Positions 41,101 to 50,272 are shown, counted from the first letter of the stretch. The stretch: 64,000 nucleotides of DNA from Candidatus Latescibacterota bacterium (GCA_965222605.1 OZ244960.1:1472001-1536000); one strand, 5' to 3'. Notes: generated from the letters alone by a model not told the origin. Numbers and translations are program-made.

Positions 41101-41200
41101 TTTGCAACGGGCTGGCGATCCACTTGAACGAAGTGGCTTAAAAGTTTATTTTACATTGTTATTTGGATTCGTTACGGATGTTGGGAAGGGCCACTTTTAG
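38159..41200 (+). CDS. Peptidase MA-like (HExxH) + TolB/PD40 propeller + BamA-like barrel protein
   Basis: Signal peptide, ITHELTH and WFAEG, repeated PxWSPDG, C-terminal beta strands with GGLPGMKGY. Confidence 0.78.
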   Translation: MSHKFTQIILILLILSTQALAQFDANHPELNWRVIETEHFKVYYHQGLEKLAPRAAQVAEDAYGPVASFYNFEPNSKVRIILKDTEDYANGAAYYYHNTIEIWVSNLDFALRGSTDWLPNVITHELTHIISLQIARKSSRRIPAIFVNYLQYQGEGKRDDILAGYPNVLAAYAIPATIIPPWFAEGTAQYMAPGAQRDRWDSHRDMVLRQATRNGSLLTRNEMSVFGAKTGLGFEKVYDHGYSLTLFIVDTFGRDKLPELYRQMKVWWRTDFGGAIRATLGISASELHTRWVASLKKRYADQIAQIETNPAQGDLIREDGYLNLHPRWSPDGTKLAYLSNKGRDYGRTSLMVYTLADSSVELAAPSAVTAFDWSTDSEQFLYARHSQPNKYGGRQWDLYTIDPKAAKSSLFQNVKTAIGLARATFPGETSLSTGSRGIHPAYSPDGTEIAFIKNGGGSTNLCILDIAADTIRYLTSFDDGSQVATPRWSPDGSQIAFSLYRSGTSRDIATIPATGGDYTVRVASRETDRDPCWTPDGSSLVFASDHDGIFNLYRANLSNGAIDRLTRVYGGAFQPHVHPDSNRIAYAHYGKKAYEIRVISQPLNEPVEANIFRIEPFAPVTPKPAIASRPYKNEFATTTILPRLAIDSGKLKLGAIAGSDDVLRKQTFFISGLLAHDLDMDLYALYEYRKKRPTFFLEAYRLSRHVEEDVISRDEDFRIYNRTFALTGIEIGGKYTLRRGGIIDARLVYNRTGAVLDQARFNGLNRDIVGATTLNGFDLALTYRLNAIGRSRDSEINPRSGRRLALRYDRYFNWFISGFEENISLIVETYDRYFYNQLSLDWNEFIPVAPGRSALSFRFFGGVIDSEVDDAFDFFLGGLPGMKGYTFYSMEGRRALMLRSAYRFPIWSHIDRQTGPIYSDQLYGAFFAGIARAWDGTPDDAILKRGWKRELGAQLRYDATSFYLFPTRASLDIAYGFDHVPLQRAGDPLERSGLKVYFTLLFGFVTDVGKGHF

Positions 41201-41204
41201 CTAA

Positions 41205-42130
41205 GAAGCTGTTTTAAAACTATTGTGAGTGAAGAAAAGGGTTGAAAAAGCGTATTCATCTGTCCAAATTTAGGTTAGCAAATCACCCTAAAAAGAAAGG
41301 ACAAAGATGAATACGCAAAGGCAATATCCGACAAATGTCACCCAAGCGCAATGGCAACTGCTGATCCCCTTGCTGCCCAAACGCAAATGGCGAAAAGGAG
41401 GTCCCGGACGCCCTCCTGCCAATTTGCGCCAAGTGTTCAATGGCATCCTGTATCTGACGAAGACCGGCAGCCAATGGCGCATGCTACCCCATACCTTCGG
41501 CTGCTGGCAGACCGTGTATGGCTATTTCAATAAATGGCGCAAGCAAGGCATCTTTGAGCAGGTGCAACAGGCACTCACGCGGCGAGAAAGAAAACGGCAG
41601 GGACGTAAGCCTACCGCATCAGCAGGCTGCATTGACAGCCAAAGTGTCAAGACAGCAACACAAGGAAAATCAAAAGGTTATGATGCTGGCAAAAAGGTCA
41701 ATGGACGCAAACGCCATCTTCTCGTTGATACCCTCGGACTCGTCATCAGCACCTATGTCTCGCCTGCTGATCTCCAAGACCGTGATGGCTTAAAGAAGGT
41801 GCTCAATCAGTATTTTGACACGGGAGAGACACGCTTACGCAAGCTATGGGTTGATGGCGGCTATCGAGGTGAAGACCTCAAGAAATGGGTCGCTGCTAAG
41901 AAGCAGACGCATAAGATTGATCTTGAGGTTGTCACCCCAAAAGGCAAAGGCTTTCAACTCGTCAAACGCCGGTGGGTCGTCGAGCGCACCTTTGCTTGGT
42001 TATTTAATTTTCGCCGACTATCAAAGGATTATGAAGACTTGACCGACAGTAGTGAAGCCTTTATTTACATCGTTATGATTTACCTCTTAATCAACAGACT
42101 CGCTTAAGCGAGGGGTTTTAAAACAGCTTC
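41205..42130 (+). mobile_element. Complete IS5-family insertion sequence (IS1031-like), 926 bp
   Basis: Perfect 16-bp TIRs GAAGCTGTTTTAAAAC (41205-41220) and GTTTTAAAACAGCTTC (42115-42130); TAA duplication at 41202-41204 and 42131-42133. Confidence 0.93.
41307..42107 (+). CDS. IS5-family DDE transposase
   Basis: IDSQSVK, GRKRHLLVDTLG, WVDGGY, RRWVVERTFAW; intact 266-aa ORF. Confidence 0.95.
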   Translation: MNTQRQYPTNVTQAQWQLLIPLLPKRKWRKGGPGRPPANLRQVFNGILYLTKTGSQWRMLPHTFGCWQTVYGYFNKWRKQGIFEQVQQALTRRERKRQGRKPTASAGCIDSQSVKTATQGKSKGYDAGKKVNGRKRHLLVDTLGLVISTYVSPADLQDRDGLKKVLNQYFDTGETRLRKLWVDGGYRGEDLKKWVAAKKQTHKIDLEVVTPKGKGFQLVKRRWVVERTFAWLFNFRRLSKDYEDLTDSSEAFIYIVMIYLLINRLA

Positions 42131-42145
42131 TAAAGGAATTTCCCC

Positions 42146-42817
42146 ATGCGAACATTCACACTCTGCACGCTTGTTTTCGCGCTAATATGCGGGCAGGCCA
42201 CCGCGGAAAAATCGCCTAAAACAGCCTTTTTTCTTTCATTGCTCGTACCGGGTTTGGGTGAATTATATGCCGGGGCTAAAATGCGCGCAGTCGGGTTTAT
42301 GGGCGCAGAAGCCCTCACCTGGACCGCCTATGTCTCATGGCGAGGCAAAGGCAATGATATTAAGGGAGAATTTCGAGCGTATGCCGATCGGCATTGGCAG
42401 GAAGCGCAGTACAGCGCCTGGCGGGAATGGAACAAAAGTCAGCCCGAACCGTATTACGAAACCCATGCCCTGCCCTCAAAAAGTGAAGACACGCAGCAGT
42501 ATTACGAACTCATTGGCAAATACCATCAGTTTGTCTATGGCTGGGACGATGTGACGGCTGACTTTTCCACCGATAACAAGAATGTGCCATCGTCCCGCAG
42601 GCAGGACTATGAAACCCGTCGCAACGACAGCAACAAATACCTCAAGCGCGCGTCACTTGCCACTGGCCTGGCCGTACTCAACCACATAGCAAGTGCCATA
42701 CACGCCTCGGCCTATACGCGCGCGCTCCAAAAACAGACCGGGCCGAGCTTGTGGATCGACATCACGCCGGTCGATAGCCATGGGCGGTCCATGATTGAAT
42801 TGAAAACGAGATTTTAA
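42146..42817 (+). CDS. Hypothetical secreted/membrane protein (DUF5683-like)
   Basis: Signal peptide, KSPKTAFFLSLLVPGLGELYAG; paralog of the next gene. Confidence 0.6.
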   Translation: MRTFTLCTLVFALICGQATAEKSPKTAFFLSLLVPGLGELYAGAKMRAVGFMGAEALTWTAYVSWRGKGNDIKGEFRAYADRHWQEAQYSAWREWNKSQPEPYYETHALPSKSEDTQQYYELIGKYHQFVYGWDDVTADFSTDNKNVPSSRRQDYETRRNDSNKYLKRASLATGLAVLNHIASAIHASAYTRALQKQTGPSLWIDITPVDSHGRSMIELKTRF

Positions 42818-42822
42818 GCATC

Positions 42823-43446
42823 ATGAAAACACCATCTCAAATCCTGATCGTCTGTGCCTGTTTGCTCGCGCCATCTGCCGCAATCGCACAAGAAGCGAAA
42901 TCACCCAAAAAAGCCGCCTTTTTATCGATTCTCTTACCCGGCCTGGGCGAGAGGTATGCGGGCGGACGAAAATCCGCGAAATTTTTCCTCTTCACCGAAG
43001 GCATGTTCTGGACGGGATTATTTGCATTTCAAAAACTCAACACCACGCGAGAAAACACCTTTCGCGCTTATGCCGCGGCACGCGCTGGCGCAGCCACGGA
43101 CAAAAAACCCAACTCCCATTACGACCACCTGTCCAGCTACAACAGCATCTACGACTACAACGCCCGACTGCTATATGTCGAAGGCACATCGGCCAACCCA
43201 CTGCCAGAAACACCTGAAAACTTTTGGGAGTGGGATTCGCCAACTTCCCGCGAACACTTCCGAGAACTGCGAAGCAAAGCCACCTGGGCACGCACACGCG
43301 GCTTTCTCTTTGTGGGCGCACTTATCTTCAACCGCTTTGCCAGCGCGTTAAATGCCGCCAACATCGCCACCAAAACCCGCCCCATTGCAACCGTCTCCCC
43401 CAATACCTCTGGGGACTTGCAGGTACAATTTCTGGTTCGGTTTTAA
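42823..43446 (+). CDS. Hypothetical secreted/membrane protein (DUF5683-like)
   Basis: Signal peptide, KSPKKAAFLSILLPGLGERYAG. Confidence 0.6.
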   Translation: MKTPSQILIVCACLLAPSAAIAQEAKSPKKAAFLSILLPGLGERYAGGRKSAKFFLFTEGMFWTGLFAFQKLNTTRENTFRAYAAARAGAATDKKPNSHYDHLSSYNSIYDYNARLLYVEGTSANPLPETPENFWEWDSPTSREHFRELRSKATWARTRGFLFVGALIFNRFASALNAANIATKTRPIATVSPNTSGDLQVQFLVRF

Positions 43447-43448
43447 CA

Positions 43449-44975
43449 ATGTCTCCGCCAACAACTCCCAAACGCAATTTGCGTTGTATTTTTTTTACTA
43501 TTGCATGCTGCATTGCTCTTTCTTGCATCACAGCGCACGCCCAACCCATCCCCCAGAGCGGAACCCACCTGATACCACGCCATACCGCACCCTACCGCCC
43601 CGCAACCAAAATACCCTTCTCCACGCCTTTCCGTGTTGGCGATACACTCACGCTGCCCGCATACAGTTTTCAACTTGTTGGCGGCGGGAAATACCACACC
43701 ACAACAACCTGTCGCTATGTGGGCGACCACTGTTACATTTTTGTAGAAGATGACATGTGGAACACCCCGCGCGTAACACAATCGGGCATTGAATCCCTCG
43801 CACGCGCGTTTGATCATTCCACCGCACGCCATCCCGATCGCGGCATTTACGAGACAGTCACCGACCTCTTTGGCGATCCCCCGGATGTCGATGCCGATCC
43901 CCGCATACTCATCCTCGTACTCGACGTGCTCGACAGTCCAATCACAGGCATCACATTTGTCGGTTATATCGATACCGACAACGAATTCCCGCCCGTCTCG
44001 CGCGAAATCATTTATATTGACGCCCGTCCCCTCGACATTGACAGCAACCTCGCACGAGCCACACTCGCTCACGAATTTCAGCACCTGATCCACTGGAAAG
44101 CCGATCCCGACGAAGCCAAATGGCTCGACGAAGGGTGCTCGGAATACGCCGAACTCGCTTGTGGATACAAAGATACGACAGCAGCCGCGACCGAAAATTT
44201 TCTCTCGCTCGCGGCCAATACAGACCTCACCTATTGGGAAGATCAGTTTTTTGACTTTGATCAGGCATATCTCTATATGGCGTATTTCGCACAGCGCTAT
44301 GGCGACGGCGCACTCCGAAAACTCGTCGCAGACCCGGACAGCAGCATTGCGAGCATTGACAATATTCTTCAATTGCTCAACGCGCCCGAACGCTTCGCCC
44401 ACCTCTTTGGACAATGGGCCGCGGCCATGTACCTCGACGTCGAGGGCGACCTCGGCTATCGCGCCATTGACCTGCGCCCGGTAAAGCGCGAAGTCCTCAC
44501 CGTCCCGACCAACAATCTCACGCGACGCGCCACGCGCTGGGGCATAGACTATCTCGCTCTGGGCGAAACACCCGGCCTCGCCTTCACAATTAAATCCACA
44601 GGTGACAACGATCTCCTCGTCACACTCATCGCCGAAGGGGATACCCCCTTTGCTGCGCCGATCCCCGTTTCAGCCACACAGAGCAAACGCATTCACACAT
44701 CTGGCACTATTGCCAGAAGCCTCGCCATCACCTCCACATCTGGCACAGCAATCGGTTACACCCTCTCCGTATCTGAACTCGCGTCCGGTCCCGCAGCCGC
44801 AGACTTTGACGGCGACGGTGAAATAGGCTTCTCGGACTTCCTCGCCTTTGTCTCGGGCTTTGGCAAAACCGCAGGCGACGTTGGCTTCGACCCCACCTTT
44901 GACCTCGACGGCGACCTCCAGGTCGCGTTCTCGGACTTCCTCATTTTTGTCCAAAACTTCGGCGCAGACTTTTAG
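43449..44975 (+). CDS. Secreted zinc metallopeptidase (M30/gluzincin-like) with paired EF-hand/dockerin-like tail
   Basis: TLAHEFQHLI and WLDEG; DFDGDG/DLDGDL repeats at the C-terminus; start at ATG 43449. Confidence 0.78.
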   Translation: MSPPTTPKRNLRCIFFTIACCIALSCITAHAQPIPQSGTHLIPRHTAPYRPATKIPFSTPFRVGDTLTLPAYSFQLVGGGKYHTTTTCRYVGDHCYIFVEDDMWNTPRVTQSGIESLARAFDHSTARHPDRGIYETVTDLFGDPPDVDADPRILILVLDVLDSPITGITFVGYIDTDNEFPPVSREIIYIDARPLDIDSNLARATLAHEFQHLIHWKADPDEAKWLDEGCSEYAELACGYKDTTAAATENFLSLAANTDLTYWEDQFFDFDQAYLYMAYFAQRYGDGALRKLVADPDSSIASIDNILQLLNAPERFAHLFGQWAAAMYLDVEGDLGYRAIDLRPVKREVLTVPTNNLTRRATRWGIDYLALGETPGLAFTIKSTGDNDLLVTLIAEGDTPFAAPIPVSATQSKRIHTSGTIARSLAITSTSGTAIGYTLSVSELASGPAAADFDGDGEIGFSDFLAFVSGFGKTAGDVGFDPTFDLDGDLQVAFSDFLIFVQNFGADF

Positions 44976-45001
44976 CAGTTAAAAAAACGAAAGGTACTCC
45001 C

Positions 45002-46594
45002 ATGCCAATTACTACCCTTATTCACTCAGGCAAGATCATCGACGGCACCGGCAACCCCTGGTTCTACGGCGATATCGCTCTGGAAAACGGCAAAATATCC
45101 GCCATCGAACCACCGGGGACCATCCCCCGCGATGGAATCGGCGAAATCGTCGATGCGGCCGGTCACATCGTCTGTCCCGGCTTTATCGACATACAGAGCC
45201 ACTCCATCGTCCCACTGATGCGCGACGGCCGATGCCTCTCCAAAATCACCCAGGGCATCACGACCGAAATCATGGGTGAAGCGTGGACACCAGCACCTGT
45301 TGGCGGCTCCAACACCCTCTCGCGATCTCTACCCAAAAACTGGCGGGAACGCGCGCGGAACTGGCATCGCTTCGGCAACTGGCTCGACGCCATGATCGAA
45401 GCCGGCGTCTCGCCCAACGTAGGATCCTTCCTGGGCGCGGGCACCCTGCGCTCGCTGGCAATGGGCATGCGAATGGGCGAGCCGACCCCCGACGAAATGA
45501 AAGATATGCACCGCATCATGGCCGAATCCATGGAAGACGGCGCCTTCGGTCCCTCCTACGCCCTCATCTACCCGCCGGACACATATACCAGCACAGACGA
45601 AATCGTCGAAATCTGCAAGACAGCGGCGCGGCACGGCGGTATCTACATCACCCACATCCGGTCCGAGGCCGACAAACTTCTCGAGGCCCTGGACGAAGCC
45701 ATCGAAATCGGACAGCGCGCCAACATCCCGGTCGAAATCTACCACCTCAAGGCCGTCGCCGAGCGCAACTACCCCAAAATACACCGGGTCATTGAGCGCG
45801 TGAACCAGGTACGCGCCGAGGGCCTCGACGTCACCGCCGATATGTATCCCTACCCCGCCAGCGGCACTGGCCTGGCCACTGTCCTGCCCACCTGGGTGGC
45901 TGCAGACGGCAAGTTCTTCGACAACCTGCGCGACCCCGACATTCGCGCAAAAATCGTCTCCGAAGTCAAAGGCGTCCGCGGCGAAATTCCCCGCCGCCCC
46001 GACCAGATCGCTCCAGTCGCGTTCACCAAACCCGAGAACCAACAGTACATCGGCAAGCGCCTCTCTGAGATTGCCGAGATGCGCGATCAGGACTGGGTAG
46101 AAGCCACCATCGACCTCCTGCTGTCGGAGAACCAGCGCATCTTCACCATCTACCACACCATGTCCGAAGACAACGTCCGCCTCCAACTCCAGCTCCCCTG
46201 GGTCAAGGTCTCCACAGATGCGGGCGGCGTCGATCCAGAATGGGCGGCTGCCGAGGGACCACTCCACCCGCGGTCGTACGGCACCTATCCCCGCGTCCTC
46301 GGCCGCTATGTCCGCGACGAAAAGCTCATGCCACTCGAAGAAGCCATCCTCAAAATGACCTCTTCAGTCGCCAATCGCCTCTCACTATGGGACCGCGGGC
46401 GTCTGCAGCCCGGCTGCTGGGCCGATGTCGTCGTCTTTGACCCCGACACCGTCGCCGACCACTCGACATTCGACGACACCCACCAACTCTCTATCGGCAT
46501 CCGCGACGTCTTCGTCAACGGCATCCGCGTCCTTGAAAATGGCGCACACACAGGTGCGACTCCAGGAATGTTCGTCAAAGGTCCGGGTGCGTAA
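45002..46594 (+). CDS. N-acyl-D-amino-acid deacylase (amidohydrolase)
   Basis: IIDGTG, PGFIDIQSHS, THIRSE, YHLK, ADMYPY, HPRSYGTYPRVLG. Confidence 0.88.
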   Translation: MPITTLIHSGKIIDGTGNPWFYGDIALENGKISAIEPPGTIPRDGIGEIVDAAGHIVCPGFIDIQSHSIVPLMRDGRCLSKITQGITTEIMGEAWTPAPVGGSNTLSRSLPKNWRERARNWHRFGNWLDAMIEAGVSPNVGSFLGAGTLRSLAMGMRMGEPTPDEMKDMHRIMAESMEDGAFGPSYALIYPPDTYTSTDEIVEICKTAARHGGIYITHIRSEADKLLEALDEAIEIGQRANIPVEIYHLKAVAERNYPKIHRVIERVNQVRAEGLDVTADMYPYPASGTGLATVLPTWVAADGKFFDNLRDPDIRAKIVSEVKGVRGEIPRRPDQIAPVAFTKPENQQYIGKRLSEIAEMRDQDWVEATIDLLLSENQRIFTIYHTMSEDNVRLQLQLPWVKVSTDAGGVDPEWAAAEGPLHPRSYGTYPRVLGRYVRDEKLMPLEEAILKMTSSVANRLSLWDRGRLQPGCWADVVVFDPDTVADHSTFDDTHQLSIGIRDVFVNGIRVLENGAHTGATPGMFVKGPGA

Positions 46595-46635
46595 ACGGGA
46601 TCACAGCTCACTTAAACCCTTGTGAAAGACGACTA

Positions 46636-47781
46636 ATGACCGGAACAAAAAATACAGATCTGTTGCAGCGTGATTTCATCGACATGCTCAAGGCGACAGG
46701 TAGTTTGAAGAATAAGGCAATAGAACATGCCCTCCAATCGACACCAAGACATCTGTTTGTTGATCGAATCCATGCATTGGGAAAGCAGAAAGGCCTAATT
46801 GAAGTAGATCCGAGATGCCCCACCTCGAGCCAATTAGAGAGAATTTATTCCGACGAAGCTTTGCTCAGCCACATCAATCCACCAAGCTCGACATCGCAGC
46901 CTTCTCTCGTCGTTCACATGCTGGACGTTTTATCTGTTCGCGCAGGCCATCGCGTATTTGAAATTGGCGCAGGCACCGGATGGAACGCCGCTCTATTGGC
47001 CCATCTCGCAGGTCCTGACGGACATGTTGTAACGATGGATATTCAATCTGATGTCACTCGCAGGGCACGCCGTCACTTGAAGCGACAGGGCACAAAAAAT
47101 GTTAGTGTAATAACGGGTGATGCATCAAAAGGCTATGCGAAAGAAGTGCCTTTTGATCGGCTGATCACTACGGTTACGTGTCCAACCTTATTCCCTGCCT
47201 GGTGGGAGCAACTATCGCCCAAAGGCGTAATGGTATTGACGTTGAATGACTTCCCAGGTGAGAGCCAGTGCCTCATGTTGAAGTTACAAAAGCGAAAAGA
47301 TCATCTCAGTGGGAAGGTAATTTCTCTTCCTGGATTTATGGTGTTCACAGGCAGACATGGAATAACCCTTCAGTGGGGTCAGGCTCAGAAATTAGTCGAA
47401 GAATTTGCCGGAAAACGACCAGCCGCCAAAGAGCGCGCTTCCTGGGCGGATATTCTAGACGGAAGGGGAAGCTGGACTTTACGGAGGGATCTGGCGTTCT
47501 TTGCTCAACTTCAAGGATTAACCGTAATACCTATGCAGAATGCTTTTGTACTCACCACTCATAACAGATCGAATATCTGTATCATACACGAAAATCACAT
47601 AACTGCATACGGAGGAAGGGAGTGTTTCGACAAACTCAAAGAAGCGCAAACAAAATGGCTGCGTTCAGGTTCACCATCCCGCCAGGACTACTGCGTAGAA
47701 GTATGGCCGAGTACCGTCCATCAAAAAAATAGCTGGCAGCTACGCCACAAAGACGTAACCTTTATTTTTACCCTAAAATGA
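46636..47781 (+). CDS. Protein-L-isoaspartate O-methyltransferase-like protein with C-terminal extension
   Basis: PRHLFV, SSTSQP, EIGAGTGWNAALL, PFDR. Confidence 0.78.
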   Translation: MTGTKNTDLLQRDFIDMLKATGSLKNKAIEHALQSTPRHLFVDRIHALGKQKGLIEVDPRCPTSSQLERIYSDEALLSHINPPSSTSQPSLVVHMLDVLSVRAGHRVFEIGAGTGWNAALLAHLAGPDGHVVTMDIQSDVTRRARRHLKRQGTKNVSVITGDASKGYAKEVPFDRLITTVTCPTLFPAWWEQLSPKGVMVLTLNDFPGESQCLMLKLQKRKDHLSGKVISLPGFMVFTGRHGITLQWGQAQKLVEEFAGKRPAAKERASWADILDGRGSWTLRRDLAFFAQLQGLTVIPMQNAFVLTTHNRSNICIIHENHITAYGGRECFDKLKEAQTKWLRSGSPSRQDYCVEVWPSTVHQKNSWQLRHKDVTFIFTLK

Positions 47782-47804
47782 CATGGACGCAGACAGACCA
47801 AAAC

Positions 47805-48722
47805 CTATGTGATCACACCGCGCTTGCGAAGCATATCATCCACCTTATCATCGCCTGTCGCTTTGTCGGCAAAGTTGAACTCCGATTCCGCATTGAGCAG
47901 CAACTCAATCACCCCGGCGTAATCGGCATCTGGAACGGGATGATTTGCCAGAAAATACATCGTTGAACCAAGTGCCGTACCACCAAAATCATTTTTCAGC
48001 GCAACAGAAGCCCCGTCCCCCAGAAGCATCTCGACCGTATCTCTCCGACCGCGTTGTGATGCCAACACCAACCCCGTATTATTTGCCCCACCCTTTGCGT
48101 CTATATCCACGCCACGTTTGAGAAGACATTCTGCCACCTCGGTATGTCCATACTTGCAAGCGCACCAAAATGCTTCTTCCAACTCTCTGCTGGATATACC
48201 TCCCTTATCGACGAATCTCTCGACCAGTTCAAGCTCTCCCAAACCAGCAGCGATTTCGACATTCATGATCCGTGCACCGCATTCAAGAAGAGCCTGAACC
48301 GACTCGGGATACTCAAAACCAAGCGCGAGCCTCAAAGGTTCACCATCTCCCATTATTCCATCTACTCTGGCACCTGCATTGACGAATACTCTCACAAGCT
48401 CAGCGGCAACCCCTGATTTATGTGGATGAAAACTGGTCACCAACGACACAAGAGGTGTAGTCCCCGACTTCCCATCCAGAAAAGTAGCATCTATTTCGGC
48501 ACCGGCATCAATGAGTATATTTGCGACATCGACAGCATTAGCCGGTGTACTCTGCCGTTCATCTTCCACACCATTTGCCGCCACATAGTGGATCAACATC
48601 GCTCTATGCGCTCTGGATGATCGCATGCGAATCAGATCAGGTTCCTGCTTAAGTAGCGATTTAAGCGTCTCCGTATCGCCGGAAATCACGGCATCAACTG
48701 CTTCCTCAAATTCCTTAGCCAT
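47805..48722 (-). CDS. Ankyrin-repeat protein
   Basis: TPL/TAL and LLxxGA repeats. Confidence 0.85.
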   Translation of the reverse strand: MAKEFEEAVDAVISGDTETLKSLLKQEPDLIRMRSSRAHRAMLIHYVAANGVEDERQSTPANAVDVANILIDAGAEIDATFLDGKSGTTPLVSLVTSFHPHKSGVAAELVRVFVNAGARVDGIMGDGEPLRLALGFEYPESVQALLECGARIMNVEIAAGLGELELVERFVDKGGISSRELEEAFWCACKYGHTEVAECLLKRGVDIDAKGGANNTGLVLASQRGRRDTVEMLLGDGASVALKNDFGGTALGSTMYFLANHPVPDADYAGVIELLLNAESEFNFADKATGDDKVDDMLRKRGVIT

Positions 48723-48825
48723 CTTTATTAACCCTTTTTAGACGTCCAACGGTTAGAATTGCAAAATCGGTCGAGGTTTGCGATATTATGCAATATGTCT
48801 GATCAATGTATAAAGGGAATTCAAA

Positions 48826-49026
48826 ATGAAATTCGACCGTATAACCTTTGATCCCAAAATCATGGGGGGACGCGCGTGTATCCGCGGCATGCGCGTAACG
48901 GTTTCTCTTTTGGTCAATTTGGTTGCAAATCGCCTATCAACAGAAGAAATTCTTGAAGCTTATCCCTATCTTGAAGCCGAAGATATTCAACAAGCACTGC
49001 AATACGCTGTGCAAAAAACCTTATAA
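48826..49026 (+). CDS. DUF433 family protein (orphan antitoxin-like)
   Basis: RITFDPKIMGGRACIRGMRVTV...YPYLEAEDI. Confidence 0.85.
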   Translation: MKFDRITFDPKIMGGRACIRGMRVTVSLLVNLVANRLSTEEILEAYPYLEAEDIQQALQYAVQKTL

Positions 49027-49038
49027 TACGGTGAACCT

Positions 49039-49272
49039 ATGAAAACAATTCAAATGGAAATTGACGAGGATCTATTGGCCGAAGTTGAACGTGCGATCAG
49101 AGAAAGCGGTACAACCCGATCTGAATTTATTTGCAATTCACTCAGATTGGTACTCAGAGATTCGCTCATACCGGCGTTAGAAAAAAAACATCGAGAGGGA
49201 TATAAAAAACACCCCGTGACAGAAGGTGAATTTGACGTCTGGGAAACAGAACAAGTTTGGGGTGATCAATGA
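49039..49272 (+). CDS. Ribbon-helix-helix antitoxin
   Basis: MKTIQMEIDEDLL...TRSEFI; ATGA overlap with the toxin. Confidence 0.8.
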   Translation: MKTIQMEIDEDLLAEVERAIRESGTTRSEFICNSLRLVLRDSLIPALEKKHREGYKKHPVTEGEFDVWETEQVWGDQ

Positions 49273-49592
49273 ATCGAGGAGATGTTTACTGGTACACATT
49301 TAAGCAACCAGACAAACGCCGTCCAGTACTAATCCTCACCCGCACCTCTGCTATATCTCACCTTACATCTATTACCGTAGCACCACTTACCACAGCGATT
49401 CGCGGCATTCCCACAGAGGTCATCTTGACTCCTGACGATGGAGTAGAAACAGCCTGTGCAGTGAATCTCGACAATCTTCAGACCATTTCCAAAAGCAACA
49501 TCGGTGCTTTCATCACTCGTCTGCCTACTGCAAAGATGCACGAAGTTCGTCTTGCTATTTCTTTTGCGTTAGGATTTGATGCTCTGACGTAG
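49269..49592 (+). CDS. PemK/MazF family toxin
   Basis: RGDVYW, KRRPVLIL, VAPLTT, NLDNLQT. Confidence 0.88.
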   Translation: MNRGDVYWYTFKQPDKRRPVLILTRTSAISHLTSITVAPLTTAIRGIPTEVILTPDDGVETACAVNLDNLQTISKSNIGAFITRLPTAKMHEVRLAISFALGFDALT

Positions 49593-49597
49593 ATTAT

Positions 49598-50272
49598 TCA
49601 CACCCCTTCATCCCTCACCACTTCCCCATCGAGCAGATGCACAATGCGTTTGCTATAGCCCGCCCACTTTTCAGAATGCGTCACCTGCACAATCGTTGTC
49701 CCTCCTTCGTGCAACCTGGTGAACAAATTCATCACATGTTCGCCCTGCGTCGAATTTAAGTTTCCAGTAGGTTCATCAGCCAGGATCACGCGCGGTTTAA
49801 TCACAACGGCGCGCGCAACACCTACGCGCTGTTGTTCGCCGCCAGACAATTGGTGGGGAAACAAATCCTTCTTTTCCACCAGATCAAACTCATCCAGCAT
49901 CGTATTCACCATCTCCTCGCGTTCATCGCTCTTCACCTTTTTGTATAACAAAGGCGTCTCGATATTTCCGTACACGGTCAGTTCGTCAATCAAATGATAG
50001 CTCTGAAACACAAAGCCGATATTGTTTTTGTGACAATCCGACCGCTCGCGCTCGCGCATCTTATGCACGGCTTTGCCATCAAACAAGTATTCCCCTCTAT
50101 TCGCCGAATCCAGCATACCCATAATGTGCAACAAAGTGGATTTACCAGATCCAGAAGGCCCCATAATGGACACAAACTCCTCGGACGAAATCTCCAGATC
50201 AATCCCCTGCAACACAACCGTTCGAATAAAACGCGACGAATACCACTTTTGAATACCCGACATCTTAATCAT
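49598..50272 (-). CDS. ABC transporter ATP-binding protein (MacB/LolD-like), no adjacent permease
   Basis: GPSGSGKST, LSGGEQQRV, ADEPTGNL; GAGGAGG RBS. Confidence 0.9.
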   Translation of the reverse strand: MIKMSGIQKWYSSRFIRTVVLQGIDLEISSEEFVSIMGPSGSGKSTLLHIMGMLDSANRGEYLFDGKAVHKMRERERSDCHKNNIGFVFQSYHLIDELTVYGNIETPLLYKKVKSDEREEMVNTMLDEFDLVEKKDLFPHQLSGGEQQRVGVARAVVIKPRVILADEPTGNLNSTQGEHVMNLFTRLHEGGTTIVQVTHSEKWAGYSKRIVHLLDGEVVRDEGV

